A DNA stretch of 55,582 bases, the filler included, from Sphacelaria rigidula (Eukaryota): the NCBI GenBank assembly GCA_964200075.2. It is 5 parts of 5 records of this genome, joined end to end, with 100 filler letters (N's around TTAATTAATTAA, not from the genome) between each part and the next. Parts side by side here need not be neighbours in the genome. Positions count along the whole stretch, not along the records: positions 1 to 11,037 come from CAXNAA020005495.1; positions 11,138 to 22,174 come from CAXNAA020005496.1; 3 more parts are not named here. One strand, 5' to 3'. The translations under genes and the position numbers were made by a program. The notes under the pieces are model-generated. The model was not told where the DNA came from, did not search any database, and worked only from the letters and a program-made list of their open reading frames with translations. Positions 1 to 11,780 of this stretch are shown piece after piece; positions within the stretch are counted from its first letter, which is position 1; each line of letters opens with the position of its first letter.

Positions 1-452
1 TCCTACCGCCAAAGCAGAAACGGTGTTTTTTTGCCATCTAACGCACCACAGATCGTGCCCCCCCCTCCCCCCCCCCCCCCCCCCCCGGATGCCACTGCTG
101 CTATTATACACACACGGGCTCCCCGCCCGCCCGCCCGCCCGCCGTTCCCCCCCGCTTTTGCACGCAATTAAATGAAGAAAATAAACGCCCAAAATTATGA
201 CACATATCCCCGAACAATACCGCGCATACCCCATGTCAATGCAAAATAAATGTGGGGTCTCCTCGCGCCGCGATCTCACGAGTATATTTCTCCTCGTGTT
301 CTGTTCTTCCGGAGCATGTTCGCGCGCGAAGCAAAATCATCAAAACGGGAATTTCCGCGGCATCTCTTTTTTTGTTTGAAAGTTTCCACGGGATTTTTTC
401 TCTCGTTTGCAAAACACAACACAAATAAACCGAAGAGGTGATGCTCGCGATA

Positions 453-3400
453 TCACGCTGCCCACGCTTCCAGCAAACGGTCCATGTGCCTCAGTAGCTT
501 CCGGCGCACCGGCATAGACCGTCGGTACAACTCCAACTGTCCAGCTTGGTACTCTTTGCGTCCTTCCTCTGTCTCAACGCGCACAGGACTCGGATCCCAA
601 GACGCGCTAGGCAGCCCCCCCACTTTCCCCCCGCCCCTGCCGTCGTAGGCGGACTTGCCGTAGGCCGAGAGATCATAGGGTGATGCCCGCATGTCCTGTT
701 CAGGAGGCGAGATGGAGGAAGAAATGTCATCTATGAACAATGTCTGCACAAACAACTGAACAACCAGCACTGAAAAAAAGCTTCAGTTTGGAAATGGGTC
801 TCAACCCCAACGCAGCGTTTTCTCCAATCAGAAAACTTATATTTCCCGATGATATTTTTTGTTGGCCTAATACCCCTCATTTATTTCGTCAAATTATTCT
901 TTATAATTTTTATTTGTCGCACTTTGAACCCCTCCCCTTCCTCGGGACGAGTCCATGGTCTCAATGGATCAGCCCATCTCTCCCCGGTACACGCCTGTGC
1001 TCCGTCTCGAAAGGGATGCGTGGTCAATGGTCAAATGACTAAGGCAAGCAACAAATGAGTACGCCCCCCCCCCGGTACACGCCTTGCACTTTGGTCTCGC
1101 GGGTTGGGTCAGCACTCCCCCACCCCATCAACTCACGCCAAACAAACTCAGCCAAATAGTTCGTTTACTCCCGTTCTCGCGCTTTCTGCGGTGGAAGTCA
1201 GACACAACGAATAAAAACGCAACGCATCGGGAATCGAACCCGCGTTCTCTCCACCCTAGTGACGACTGTCGGACCACCTCAACCACGTGGAAATCATTTT
1301 CAGCGCCTTTTACCGACTCTGTAAGCCCACAGCGCTGGATGAAAGAGTCATTTCGCCCTGATGTTGGGGTGATGAATTAAACGGTCTTCGCTCAGCGCTG
1401 TGGGCTTACCGAGTCGCTGAAAGGTGCAAAAACAATGTCCACGCGATCGAAGGGTATCAGGTCGACAAGCAACTCATTGGGCATAGATGTTTGTAGTATA
1501 GAGAAAACACTGTGTTGGGGTTGAGACTCGTTTCAAGACGTGAACTTCTTCTGCAGTTCCGACAGATACTGGCCGGCAGCGATACTGTATATCTCAGTTA
1601 CGGGGTCACCTGTGGTTTGTCAATCAATGTCTGCTTCAAGGCAGTAGTCTACATACAACTTTGTTGTTCCAAAGTTCGGCAATAGACTCCTAAGCGTCAC
1701 GAGTGTCCAGCAACGTAACTAGTCTCTCATCACACTACATAAGGCCAGTACAGGCTGGTTTGCGCTTTCGATCCAAACTTCACCCATCCGCAAATGTCCA
1801 TGCCGGTTCTTGGAGTCAGGCCGTTTCTTACTCTTGTCTTCGCGGGGGGAGCGTATTCTCCTCTTTTGGAACATTTGATATGGTTTTCGGGTCTCGATCG
1901 GGGGATATCACCCATCACTTGTCTTGGACACTTCTGCGTCACCCCACCGATAATAGTCTAGCCCACTTTTCCGATTAGCTTGGCTCTGAGGGTGTCGAGA
2001 ATGGCCCCTGAACAAAAACACAGCTGTACAAAAAATTACCGTGTCTGCAAGTGTTTTCAAGGTAATTCCTGTTTGGGAGCTACAAACCGCGTTCAAATGT
2101 CCCACGAGTGAAAATTACGCTCCCAAAAAACACGAGCTGTAAAAAACGATCCAAGACTCTGAAAATTTGCACACGTACATTATGCGACAATTCGCAACTT
2201 GAAAGGAACAGCCTTTTTTTTCCCCTTCGCTGGTTATTGAGGGTCCCAGGATACTGGGGAATAACATGCCCTTCTTCGTCCGCCGGAACTCGGCGAAAAA
2301 AATCGAAAAATCCGATTCCTTGAAAGTTTCGAAATGTCTTCTAGTATGCGTGTGCAAATTTTCAATTTTTTAGAGTCTTCATCCGAGAATCAGTGTTAAC
2401 ATTTGAACCTTTGTGCGATAAAGTGGGCTTGAAAGGTACAAATTCCTCTCTACTCCGTTGTACTATTGAAAATGTTATTTCCGGGTACGTTCAACGTTGA
2501 AACGACCCCATTTTGCTTCTTTTTTTCACAAGTTAGTCAACGGCACTTCGTACTACTGTACGTGATGTTCAATGGACTACCCCGGGAGTAAAATTGACTA
2601 TCGTTACTTCTAGGCATTCCCAAGATTCTTCACGCGAATACCCCCAGAAGCCGGTAAAGGGCGGAGAAAATTCGAAGGATCTTGCAATGATTTTTCTTCT
2701 CGTTGAAGCGTCAATACCCACCGAGCTGCCAAGTTTGAGGGCGGTCGGAGCTCCCCTACGACAGGTATGAGAAAAATCGTCGGAAGCCTTTCTGGACCTT
2801 TGGTGCATATCACAATTAGGAATCCGACGACGCCAAATCCCCACATCACCAAAATTACATGGTTTGGGGTATCATTCGATCCCATGGGACCCGTTCTCAA
2901 CTTTATTTTCTTCAATTAGGTTCCCGAGCTGATGACGGTTACTGCAGTGTAAAGTATGTGGAGATTAGGTAGACGTCAAGCGGGCATGTTAAATTTCAGA
3001 ACAATTTCAAGGCCTCTAATTGGTCTCGGTACCTTTTCGCCTTTCGTTCGCCGTCAGCGCCACCGCTATGGCCTTGAACAAAAATCCGGCTATGTCACTC
3101 TCTTCAGTTATCCATGGCGATCGGTGTGATGCCATGCATGCAAGAATCAGGTGGGTGTCGCGGAAGGAACTTACTGATTCATGAATTCGGGGTCGACGGC
3201 GTGAAGCAGCCTGGAACAAGCATATTTCATCATATGGTCCCCAGGAAAGAACTCCTTCTATTTTTGTAACTCAAGCTCAGTTTGGGTGCTACGTCTCGTC
3301 TGACTGGTGGCAGCGCTCCTGTCCGTCAAAACCCCTCACAATAGTAGTGCACATAACCATTTCTCCACAATCCAGGAACATATCTAGCAACACGAGAGTT

Positions 3401-6143
3401 CGAGTACTCGATACTCAACTTCAGTTCAGAGATCGGACCATGTGTTGACAGCTCAATTCCTTGGACGCACACGGGTAAAGCAACAACCCCCTTCCTTCCA
3501 TATTTTATACGCGAGAACAAAGACGTAGGGTGCGGTGCCAAAAAAAAAAACGCAATACTGTACCTCTTCCCTCAAACTTCAGGACGTGGAAAATTGGATA
3601 CACCAGAAGGTTTGCAAGGCAATTCGACAATACTGCGTCGTGCACCGGTTTCCCGGGGCACAAAAATCATGGCCATGTACGTACATATGTGCGGGGTAGT
3701 GGCGGTAATGCAACAATTCAATCCACTACCCCACCCAAATCCAGGTATTTTCCCCCCCTTCAAATCTGTGTTTTACAACCCTTCATATACTCGAGATGAG
3801 TCCGTGCAGTAGTCTCGAGGAAGCTATCAAGCCGTCTCTCACCCCGTGGTACCTGCCTGATATTTTTCAATCGGAGAACGGATAATGACGAATCTTGCAC
3901 CTCGTCCGCTGTCGTCACAAATTTGTTCGCCATCTCCAAGTTGTGTTTCTTGGCTCATGTTTTGCTCCCCTTCCTGGGCTGCCCCTCTTTTTTTTTTTTT
4001 CTTTTCTTTTTCCCCCCCGCCCCCCCCCCCCGCCCCATGCCCCTGTCTTTGCTTGTTTTCATTCGAGTTTAGTCGCGTCAGTTGCTCATGTCTCGCTCGT
4101 GCAGACCTAGAGGGTGAGAACATTTTGTTTCAGATAGTGCCCTACCCAAATAGCTGAGTTCCAACCTTTTTTATACGGGTTCTTGCTTTTTTGAGGGGCT
4201 TCTTGTTTTACAAGTCCTCGAAGGGGCCTGTTCGGTGGGCTTTTCGGGACGGAATCTTTTCATGTTTTTGTTCTAGTTTCCAGTTTTTTCTCGTTCAATC
4301 GTTTTTTTCTTCTCTTCCGTTTTTTCTCCCTCTCATTTTTCTTCAACGGGTGTGTTCCGCTTTTGTTTACCTTTAGGTACTTCTACGTTATGATCACGGA
4401 TGGGTGCCTCTCGTGGATAATGATCAGTTCACGTGAGACAATCAATGAATATCACAGTAGCGTGTTTCTCGTCTTCCTGTTTCTCCACGATTTCTTACCA
4501 TTTCCCCCTTCCTCGAGTTGTCTTGAACCATTGTTTCCACGACTGAATTTGTAACAGATAATTTCATGCGCTGCAGCCAATCAAATAACGTATCAATCAA
4601 TCAAGCAAGCAAGCAAGCGAACGGCTGCTACACTATAAAGCGACGGCGACGCACAAACGTGGAGACACTATTTCCACTCTCCGACACATCATCTATAATA
4701 GTCAGAGTTGCACAAATTGGAATAGGACGAGTTACCTCTCCCTTTCCTGCTTGTTTCCTTTTTTCCTCATTCTTGTTTGGTTTGTCTCACTTCTTTCCTC
4801 AGCGTACTTGGTGCGTTTGTTTTATCTTGTTGTCTCTCCAATGTTTCTTCTTCAGCGAGCGTTTCCGTTTTGTTCACCTTGGATTCGTCCGTCTTGTGGA
4901 CGATGACCACGGCTGGGTCCCTCTTGTGGATAATGATCAGTTATTGTGCGACAATCAGTCAATCAACGAGCCAATCAAATCAATATAGGTGAGCAATGCT
5001 ACGGTAGGGGTTGTACTTTTTGTTTCTGGGGCTCTCCTTGTAGGAGCACAAATATATGGGGTGTTACTGTGCAGCCCAAAGCCCCGGGGACCAGACTCCC
5101 AGAAACAAGGCGTTTGCACGCAGGGGCCTTTTCGTGACTGGGATTCATTCTCAGTCTTTTTCAAGAGAAAATGATGCCGATGATCAAAACGACCAGTGCA
5201 ACACCCCGAGCAGCCCCGAGAAACTTTTCGCTGAAGAAGTGCAACCCCTACCGTAGCATCACTCAGGTCCCGAGGGAGAGATGGGTCGATCTCGTGAGGC
5301 CGCAGACTCGTCCAGAGCAAGGCGAAATGACGAAAACCCATACAATAAATCAATACAAAATATACATCTATCACAAGACAACACCATGACTCAGGAAAGC
5401 CAAGTACACAGCACTATAGTACACACCCCGCCACGAAAAAATACGAAGTATATTGAAGGGCCAGTCGGTTCTCACATGTTAGCTTGCGATACTGCACGAC
5501 TCGGGGTTCACGTTTGTGGCGTATGTTGCACATCATACCAAAATTCAACCTAATGGTCGACGAGGGAAAGGGTATCTCGAGATGAAAAACAAAAAAGGCA
5601 AGCACCGCAGAAGGAAGGTGGATAACTAAAAAACAAACAGAAAAAAAAAAAAAATCCTGTGCTGGCCTTCCTCCTGTGTGACCCCGGCTGGTGCGCCCAC
5701 ATATACCGAAAGGTGTAGACCGGCGTCCAGAATAGATGGGACGACAACACACACATAGACACCAATGTCACATATTTCAAACTCTCGGGCTGAAAAGCTC
5801 CAGAAATAGTGCTACTGTACCCATCAGGATGGGTTGACCTGCGGAAAAAGTCCAAAAGCTGCACGAGTAAAACCCGATCTGTTTGTTCACTACAGCTTGA
5901 AAACACCGAGACAGCGCATTCTGTAACGCTCGAGCTTCAAGCACACTATACACAATGTTCAAAGCGGCACCTACCAGCATCCGACAGGAGACCGCCAACT
6001 CGAGGGCATCAATCATGCTCTCCGACGGCAACGTGGGCCACATGTGCAGCGCCCACTTGAAAAGATCCATATTCGCATGGACGCACCCGGGCTGGTCATG
6101 TTCCGATTGAGTGTCCCTCGAGAGGGACATAGAATTCAGAGGC
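453..6143 (-). CDS. Partial gene (last two exons) of a bacterial-type uncharacterised family commonly annotated '3-methyladenine DNA glycosylase' in Actinobacteria
   Basis: Exons 6143-5975 (tcacag| ... CTG|gtagg) and 695-453 (aacag|GAC ... TGA) splice in phase 0 across a 5.3-kb intron to give PLNSMSLSRDTQSEHDQPGCVHANMDLFKWAL...LELAVSCRML/DMRASPYDL...EGRKEYQAGQ. QPGCxHANMDLxKW and LDMRASPYDL are the motifs I recognise from that family. Upstream exons not found. Confidence 0.8.
905..1290 (-). mobile_element. tRNA-derived SINE, family A
   Basis: Minus strand begins with A-box-like TGGTTGAGGTGG and B-box GGTTCGATTCC; body colinear with the copy at 29260-29570; ends GGTTCAAAGTGCGAC plus an A-rich tail. 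Confidence 0.75.
998..1069 (+). mobile_element. ~70-nt poly(C)-tailed short retroposon, copy 1 (inside SINE-A)
   Basis: tgctccgtctcgaaagggatgcg...gcaacaaatgagtacg(C)n flanked by a 15-bp direct repeat ccccggtacacgcct (982-996 and 1070-1084); absent from the other SINE-A copy. Confidence 0.8.
2091..2409. repeat. Degenerate foldback (inverted repeat) element
   Basis: gttcaaatgt/acatttgaac, aagactct/agagtctt and gaaaatttgcacacg/cgtgtgcaaattttc are nested inverted pairs. Confidence 0.5.
4845..4985 (+). mobile_element. 3' end of a non-LTR retroelement with (AATC)n-type tail
   Basis: ttcttcagcgag...gaccacggctgg...atcagttattgtgcgacaatcagtcaatcaa; related copies at ~4363-4447, ~15710-15830, ~20596-20660 (minus), ~25860-25920 (minus). 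Confidence 0.55.
4991..5264. mobile_element. MITE with GAG termini and 4-bp TSD (Sola2-like)
   Basis: TIR gagcaatgctacggtaggggttg / caacccctaccgtagcatcactc; TSD AGGT on both sides. Confidence 0.85.
5553..5760 (+). mobile_element. SINE family B, 5'-truncated copy
   Basis: Colinear with 14616-14812 (ggtcgacgagg...gcagaaggaaggtgga...ggccttcctcctg...gacaacacacac) and with the minus-strand copy at ~48490-48790. Confidence 0.65.
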
Positions 6144-6914
6144 CTGTGACATGAAGATGGACGGAGGGGAGCAAATACGCGGAAAACACCGAGTGCCTGA
6201 AGAAACACGTACCGTAGATTGTGACCGCGTATGCGACCAGGACGTACTTCACCTCCCCATGAATGACACCCCCGATGAATAAGTTTCAAGGGTCGGACGA
6301 ACTAATGATTCATCTGGGAACTGCTTGATTTTAGTGTAGTTGATTCATACCGTACGAATCAATCCTCCGGCTTTGTTTTCAGCGTTGCAACCCAGGTACG
6401 CGCAGCCCAGGCGCGTGGAATGGCGCAAAAATTGCGTGGAGACCGTTTTGACAAGCGGTCAACTTTTTTTCTTTTCTTTTTTGAAAAATCAGGCCTGAAA
6501 ATTCGTGGATTTGGTGGTTCGAACCGGCGATGATTCGTCCGAACCGTGATCAGTTTAAAGCTATGTTTTGGCGTCATATCGGACACGTGTAATAGTACTA
6601 CAAGAATTTCGGCGGCTTCGCCGCCACGATCAGTCGATCGACAGCCAAGATACATGAGCACCGGTGACAGCTGTATGCGTTGCGTCATAGCAAAGGTCAT
6701 GGTTTGGGGGAAGGGGCCGTAGCTGCTCACTAGCTGAGCATGTGCGTGACGATTAAATTTTGAAAGTCATGCCAATTCCAAAAATGAACATTTTTCCCCA
6801 TTCGTAGTCCGAAGAGGAAGAACATAGGTGTCTAGTTCACAGGGACACATGCAAAGGCTTGACACTTGATAAGCAACCCAACTCTATCAAAGGTGAACCT
6901 CTAGAACTCATCGG

Positions 6915-9030
6915 CCCCGATAAAACAAAAACACACAGGTCGAGCCTTAGCTGCTCATCACCTGAGCTGTTCGCTACCTTGCATAAATCTGTTCAGAATT
7001 CAATGTGAAATGATCATTTGTGTGAGACGCGCGAGACCTGGCGATGACTGCACGCGTTGCGATGCGGCACTCAACATGATGTCTACTCATTTTTCAGTGA
7101 AAATGATGCCGGTTCCACAAATGAGCATCCATCACAGGTGAGCCTAGGGAACGTACTACCACCGCAAAAACAAAAAACACACAGCTCGAGCCGTAGCTGC
7201 TCATCACCTGAGCTGTGCGTGAGTTTGCATCACTCTCATCAGAATTCATTGAGGAACGGTGATGTGTGTGAGCCCCGCACGAACCGGGGAAAATTGAGTG
7301 CGTTGCGCCCAATACCTGAGCACGGTCTTCATCGTCCTCGTATAGATCTGTTCAGAATCCAATGACAAACGACCCGGAAAATGATTCCGATTCAGTTCTC
7401 GCAAGGTTCCGAGGCGTCGAGAGAGGAAATGCATTAAACGAAACACATCGCAACGTCATAACGCCCTGACACCACGTAGAACACAGTCCGAAAGGCAATT
7501 GTACTCCAGACCCAAGCAGACGCAAAACGCACGCTCATGTCCAGCGAAACGCAAGAAAAGAGGTGTCGGCGAAAAATTGCATTCTAAAATCAGGCAAAGA
7601 CTCACACATCTAAACACGGTCGAGGTGTTCGGTTCAGAGCGGTACAATGATTGATTTCGTGTCTTTTGACTGTCAAATAAATAGGACGCCGATTCTGTAT
7701 CTTCAAGTGAAATCGATGCCGATTCCACCGAGGAGCGGTCGAGACGGATGATGGTACCCCTGACGGTCGAAGAACTAAGGCGTAGACAGGAAATGCATGG
7801 CAATCCAAGTCCTAATGCCATGTGTAACAGTCTTAACCCTTAAACCACGATGCGGGTAGTCCATGTGGATTACGCATACTTTTTCAAGTGAAATTGATGC
7901 TGCTGATCCAGAAGGTGACCTACCCTCGTGGTCAAGGGGTTAAGGTCATGCAGGACGCAGTGCAGAAAGCAAACGTACTCTACGCCCAACCAAAAACAGA
8001 ACGCACACTCATGTCCGGCGAAATGTAAGCGAAGAGGTATCAACGAAAACGTGTACTTTAAAACCAAGTAAAAACGAAACATCATAGTTGATTTCTTGTC
8101 TTCTCATTGTCATTTAAAAATGATGCCAACTCAACAGAAGAGAAAGTACAGACCTGACTGGAAACAGAAAACGCATCATGTTTAGCCGTGCAGTAGATGG
8201 ATAGTCCTGGGCTACAGTACGAAAAAAAAGGACATGGTTTGCGCGCGAACCGGTGATAATTGCGTTCGTTGCGCAGTGGCACAGGTCATACTTCGGAGAA
8301 ACGCCATAGCTGCTCATCAGCTGTGCAGGTTGTTCTGCCTTAGAGCTAGACCGCGAGGGTAGGTCATTTGATCATGCAATGATTTTTGAAGTGAAACTGA
8401 TGCTGATTCCACAGACTATTCATTGTCGCGGTCAAACAGTTACCATGTCGCGCAAATCTGTTCATCTTCCAATGCGAAAAAAAGAGGCCGTTGTTTTTTA
8501 GCACCTCATGATTCAAAAATTGCATGTACGGTAGAGTAGCAACAGCAGGTGCAACAGCAGTCCGGAGAGAGTAATGAGGAAGTACGGTCAAGACGATGCT
8601 ACATGCGGGCAAGATCACAACATGCTCGAAGTGTGCCACGAAAAGTGAACGGAGAGCCATAGTACACTGCCGTTTCGCCCAGTTGCGATTTAGCTGTTCA
8701 AGTGAGCATGATGCCGGTTCAATTTTCAAGTGAAAACGATGCCGGTTCCACGAGTGAACATGGTCTGTGTGCGTCGAGAGGTGGCATCTCGGACGCCCAA
8801 AGGGTCCACCGACACAACACCGAGGAAATCCATCAAAAGGAACGCATCGCAGCGTTTAAACGCCATGCAGGACACAGCGCGGGAAGCGTATGCACTCAAA
8901 ACCCAAGCAGAAACGGAACGCACCGTGATGTCCAGGAAACTGCAAGCGAAGAGACTGAGATGTATAATCAGCTCAAACGTGAAATCTAAATTCTACTTCG
9001 TGGTAGATAACAAATGCCGGCTTCTGGGAG
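6915..9030 (+). repeat. Patchwork of degenerate direct repeats with a recurring AAGTGAAAwTGATGCCGrTTCCAC motif
   Basis: Motif near 7091, 7702, 7881, 8111, 8384, 8697 and 8722; longer units repeated at ~6921/7167 and ~7470/7950/8868. Confidence 0.6.
7837..7939. mobile_element. piggyBac-like mini-MITE
   Basis: TTAA|cccttaaaccacga ... tcgtggtcaagggg|TTAA; same family as 48847-48944; a degenerate copy at ~8345-8440. Confidence 0.75.
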
Positions 9031-9346
9031 CTTCAAAGAACGAAATGCCCCCGAAAGATAAGTACTCTGAGACCACGTGAAGAAATACAGCAAAAATGCA
9101 CCTGTCCGCAGGGCTTCAAAATGAGCCGAAACGTAACCTGTATATTATGTACAAGATTTTTGGCGCTTCGCGCCACCGCTCAATGGAGCGTTTCCCAAGG
9201 CAAAGGGTGATTAGTGTTGCTACCGGCATCAGCCGTCGCCCACATGGAGAAGTGCTGAGAGGCGAAGATATAATTCACAGATGAATCTCGTGACACGAAG
9301 ATATTATTCAGAGATGACTCTTTCTCTTCTTTTTTTTGCCTCTTTG

Positions 9347-9725
9347 GACTTTCAAACATCGTCGACGACGATAAAACCCGACCGAAAAAGAATCGAAACC
9401 AGGCAGAAGACACTGGTCCTGCACAACTAAAATGATAACCGTGAAGCTCCACCCATTCTCCGTCTTAGAAATCCACGCGAAATGAACGTAGTTGACCTTC
9501 AAAAAACAACAAAACCCGAACGATATCAAGAATCGAAACGAGGCAGGAGACACTGATCGTATAGAACCAGAGAATAATCGTCAACCTCCAGCCATTCTCC
9601 GTCTGAGATATCTGCCCAAAATGAACTCATTTCAACCTTCAAACATAGACAAAACTCGACCGAAAATAAATAGTCTCAGCGACGCACAAGACACTGATCC
9701 TGCAGAACCAAGGATTACCCATGAA
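9347..9725 (+). repeat. Tandem repeat, ~2.6 units of ~140-147 bp
   Basis: Units start near 9347, 9494 and 9634 (gaccttcaaa...aaaacccga...aagaatcgaaac...agacactg...ccattctccgtct...aaatgaac). Confidence 0.7.
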
Positions 9726-11037
9726 GGAATATGACAGCATCGACAATATGAAGAAGAAAAGTAGAAATCACTGTTGCCCGTCGATGAGACGATGTATAAG
9801 ACCGTATTTTATGGTAACGAATCTCGACTTTTTGGGACAGGAACTCAAATTCGCGAACTCAAAATCAGGGGGATCATTTTACAGGAGAGACGGTATCATA
9901 GATTTGTGACAGTTCTGTACACAGACGGACATTTTCTGCACGAGTGTGGTATTGCGTACTCGTGCATGAAGCCGAAGAGCAGGCAGGCAGTGAATAATCC
10001 TTCGAGTACAGTGTCACACCGTGGTACCCTAGGGTAATAAAACGCAGTACACTCCATTATCACAGTGCATGATTATACCGTGTGGTAGTACATGATGATG
10101 GCACAGTCGGTATTGCGAAAACAGTGAACAATCAGTGCGCGAGAAGAGTTCAGTAGTGCAGTGCGATACATCACCCTGCAACGACAGCGACAACAGACTA
10201 GGAGAGTACAGTACCGTTCGTTATAGTGATACATATGGCAGCGCAGTGCAGCATAAAATAGTGCCATCGTCACAGGGTATGGCATCAACACTTATTATCC
10301 ACTTGCCAAACCCCGTGCGAAGCTACTGCAGCAGCTGGCGCGGGTAGGCACGGACTCCGTTGTTACGAGGCTGTATTCTGCTGCAGTTTCAAAAATATCA
10401 AACGCCTCGCACTCTACCATTGCACGTCAGTGCACGTACGTCACCTCCTCAGAATCGGGGGGAGTGGCGATCTCGGAACGATTTGCCCCGATTGTTCCGA
10501 AGAGTGGGAGGATATGGTTCCGAGATCGTGAAACCCCGACTTTTTCTTCCTCGATGTTGAAAACAGTCGAGATTGGTGATTGGCATACAAGATGGTCTAA
10601 CACCCTGTGAAGAAGTAATGGACCACAAAACGGAACTACAAATAAAAAAGAACTAGCGAAGCAATAGGCTGAACTTAGGTGATCCTGTCGCCTCAACCCA
10701 GGCTTTATCTTGGTCTGCAGTTCACAGCGATATGCTCAAATCGGGCTGATTCGGGAAACTTGGGAAGTTGCGTGACATGCGTTTGTACCTTACGGCTGGC
10801 CCAGCTCGTACGTAACTAGACGAAACGGTAGGTACCCCCCCCACTCATGCTTGGAGTAGGATTAAAAAGCGGTTTCACCCGCGGGGAGGGAGAAACGACG
10901 ATCGGGAATACAGCAGTCCATTGTTTCTGCGTTTGATCGATGCACTCTTGTGTTCAGGCGCATCGCAGTTGGTGTGTAACCGGTCAAAAGGATAGATATA
11001 CACACGGGTGTCCGTGTGATCATATTCGGGGAGGGGG

Positions 11038-11137
11038 NNNNNNNNNNNNNNNNNNNNNNNNNNNNNNNNNNNNNNNNNNNNTTAATTAATTAANNNNNNN
11101 NNNNNNNNNNNNNNNNNNNNNNNNNNNNNNNNNNNNN
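11038..11137. other. Artificial contig-joining spacer
   Basis: 44 N + TTAATTAATTAA (stops in all six frames) + 44 N. Confidence 0.98.
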
Positions 11138-11594
11138 CATTACACAAGAACCTCTTACATATCTTATCCCCGTCCTGTTTCGCCGTCTCTGGCCACCATC
11201 TATCTTCTAAGGCGGGGGAGGGGGGGAAGATTTTAAACAGCTGCGCCACCCCATGACTACTAAAAACGTTTGGGATCTTCCACGACAGAAGAGTGTTTAC
11301 ACGCGAATAAGCAAGCCCAAGCACACATGGATTACACGTACGACGCAAGATTGGCATCCTTTGCACCGCACAAAAATTGGCTGTGAGGCAAATTTATACG
11401 TTTGATTTGCGCTGTACAAAACCACTGTACGGGTGAAAAGCGGCACGCGTGACTCTTGCCGTGCAAACCACGTGAGGGCATAGGGTACGATTAATCACAG
11501 ACGGGAAATGCGCCCGTTTGGCTCGTGACACGCAAATAATAACAATAGCAAAACGCGAGCATAAAGCGTGCGGTACGAATCCTAGATGAAAGTA

Positions 11595-11780
11595 TACTTT
11601 CTCTGTCTGTCCCATAAGTCGGGGAACATATGCTCGTGCGACCCCTTAAACGTGTCCGATTTGATTGTCGTTTTTTTTGTTCTTGACTCTTTTGTTTTAG
11701 TAAAAATCCTTTTTTTTTGTTTTGCTGGTGATGCTTGAACCATGCGGCCGAACGACCGAAAAACATACAGTCGGCCCATG
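11595..11780. mobile_element. Partial Stowaway-like (Tc1/mariner) MITE arm
   Basis: tactttctctgtctgtcccataagt...gcttgaaccatgcggccgaacg matches the arm of the element at 30642-31163. Confidence 0.55.

Larger units (their letters stand above)
769..1557. mobile_element. Foldback/MITE-like element interrupted by a SINE
   Basis: Outer arms 769-824 vs 1501-1557 (gtctcaaccccaacgcagcgttttctc / gagaaaacactgtgttggggttgagac) and inner arms ~1314-1336 vs ~1393-1416 (cgactctgtaagcccacagcgctg / cagcgctgtgggcttaccgagtcg) are inverted repeats. Confidence 0.65.

Noticed and set aside
6915-9030. CRISPR-like array
   Set aside because: Repeats are degenerate and irregularly spaced, the intervening sequences are themselves repeated, there are no cas genes, and the context is eukaryotic.
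11082-11093. TTAATTAATTAA as a biological motif
   Set aside because: Identical in all four gaps and flanked by exactly 44 N; an artificial linker.
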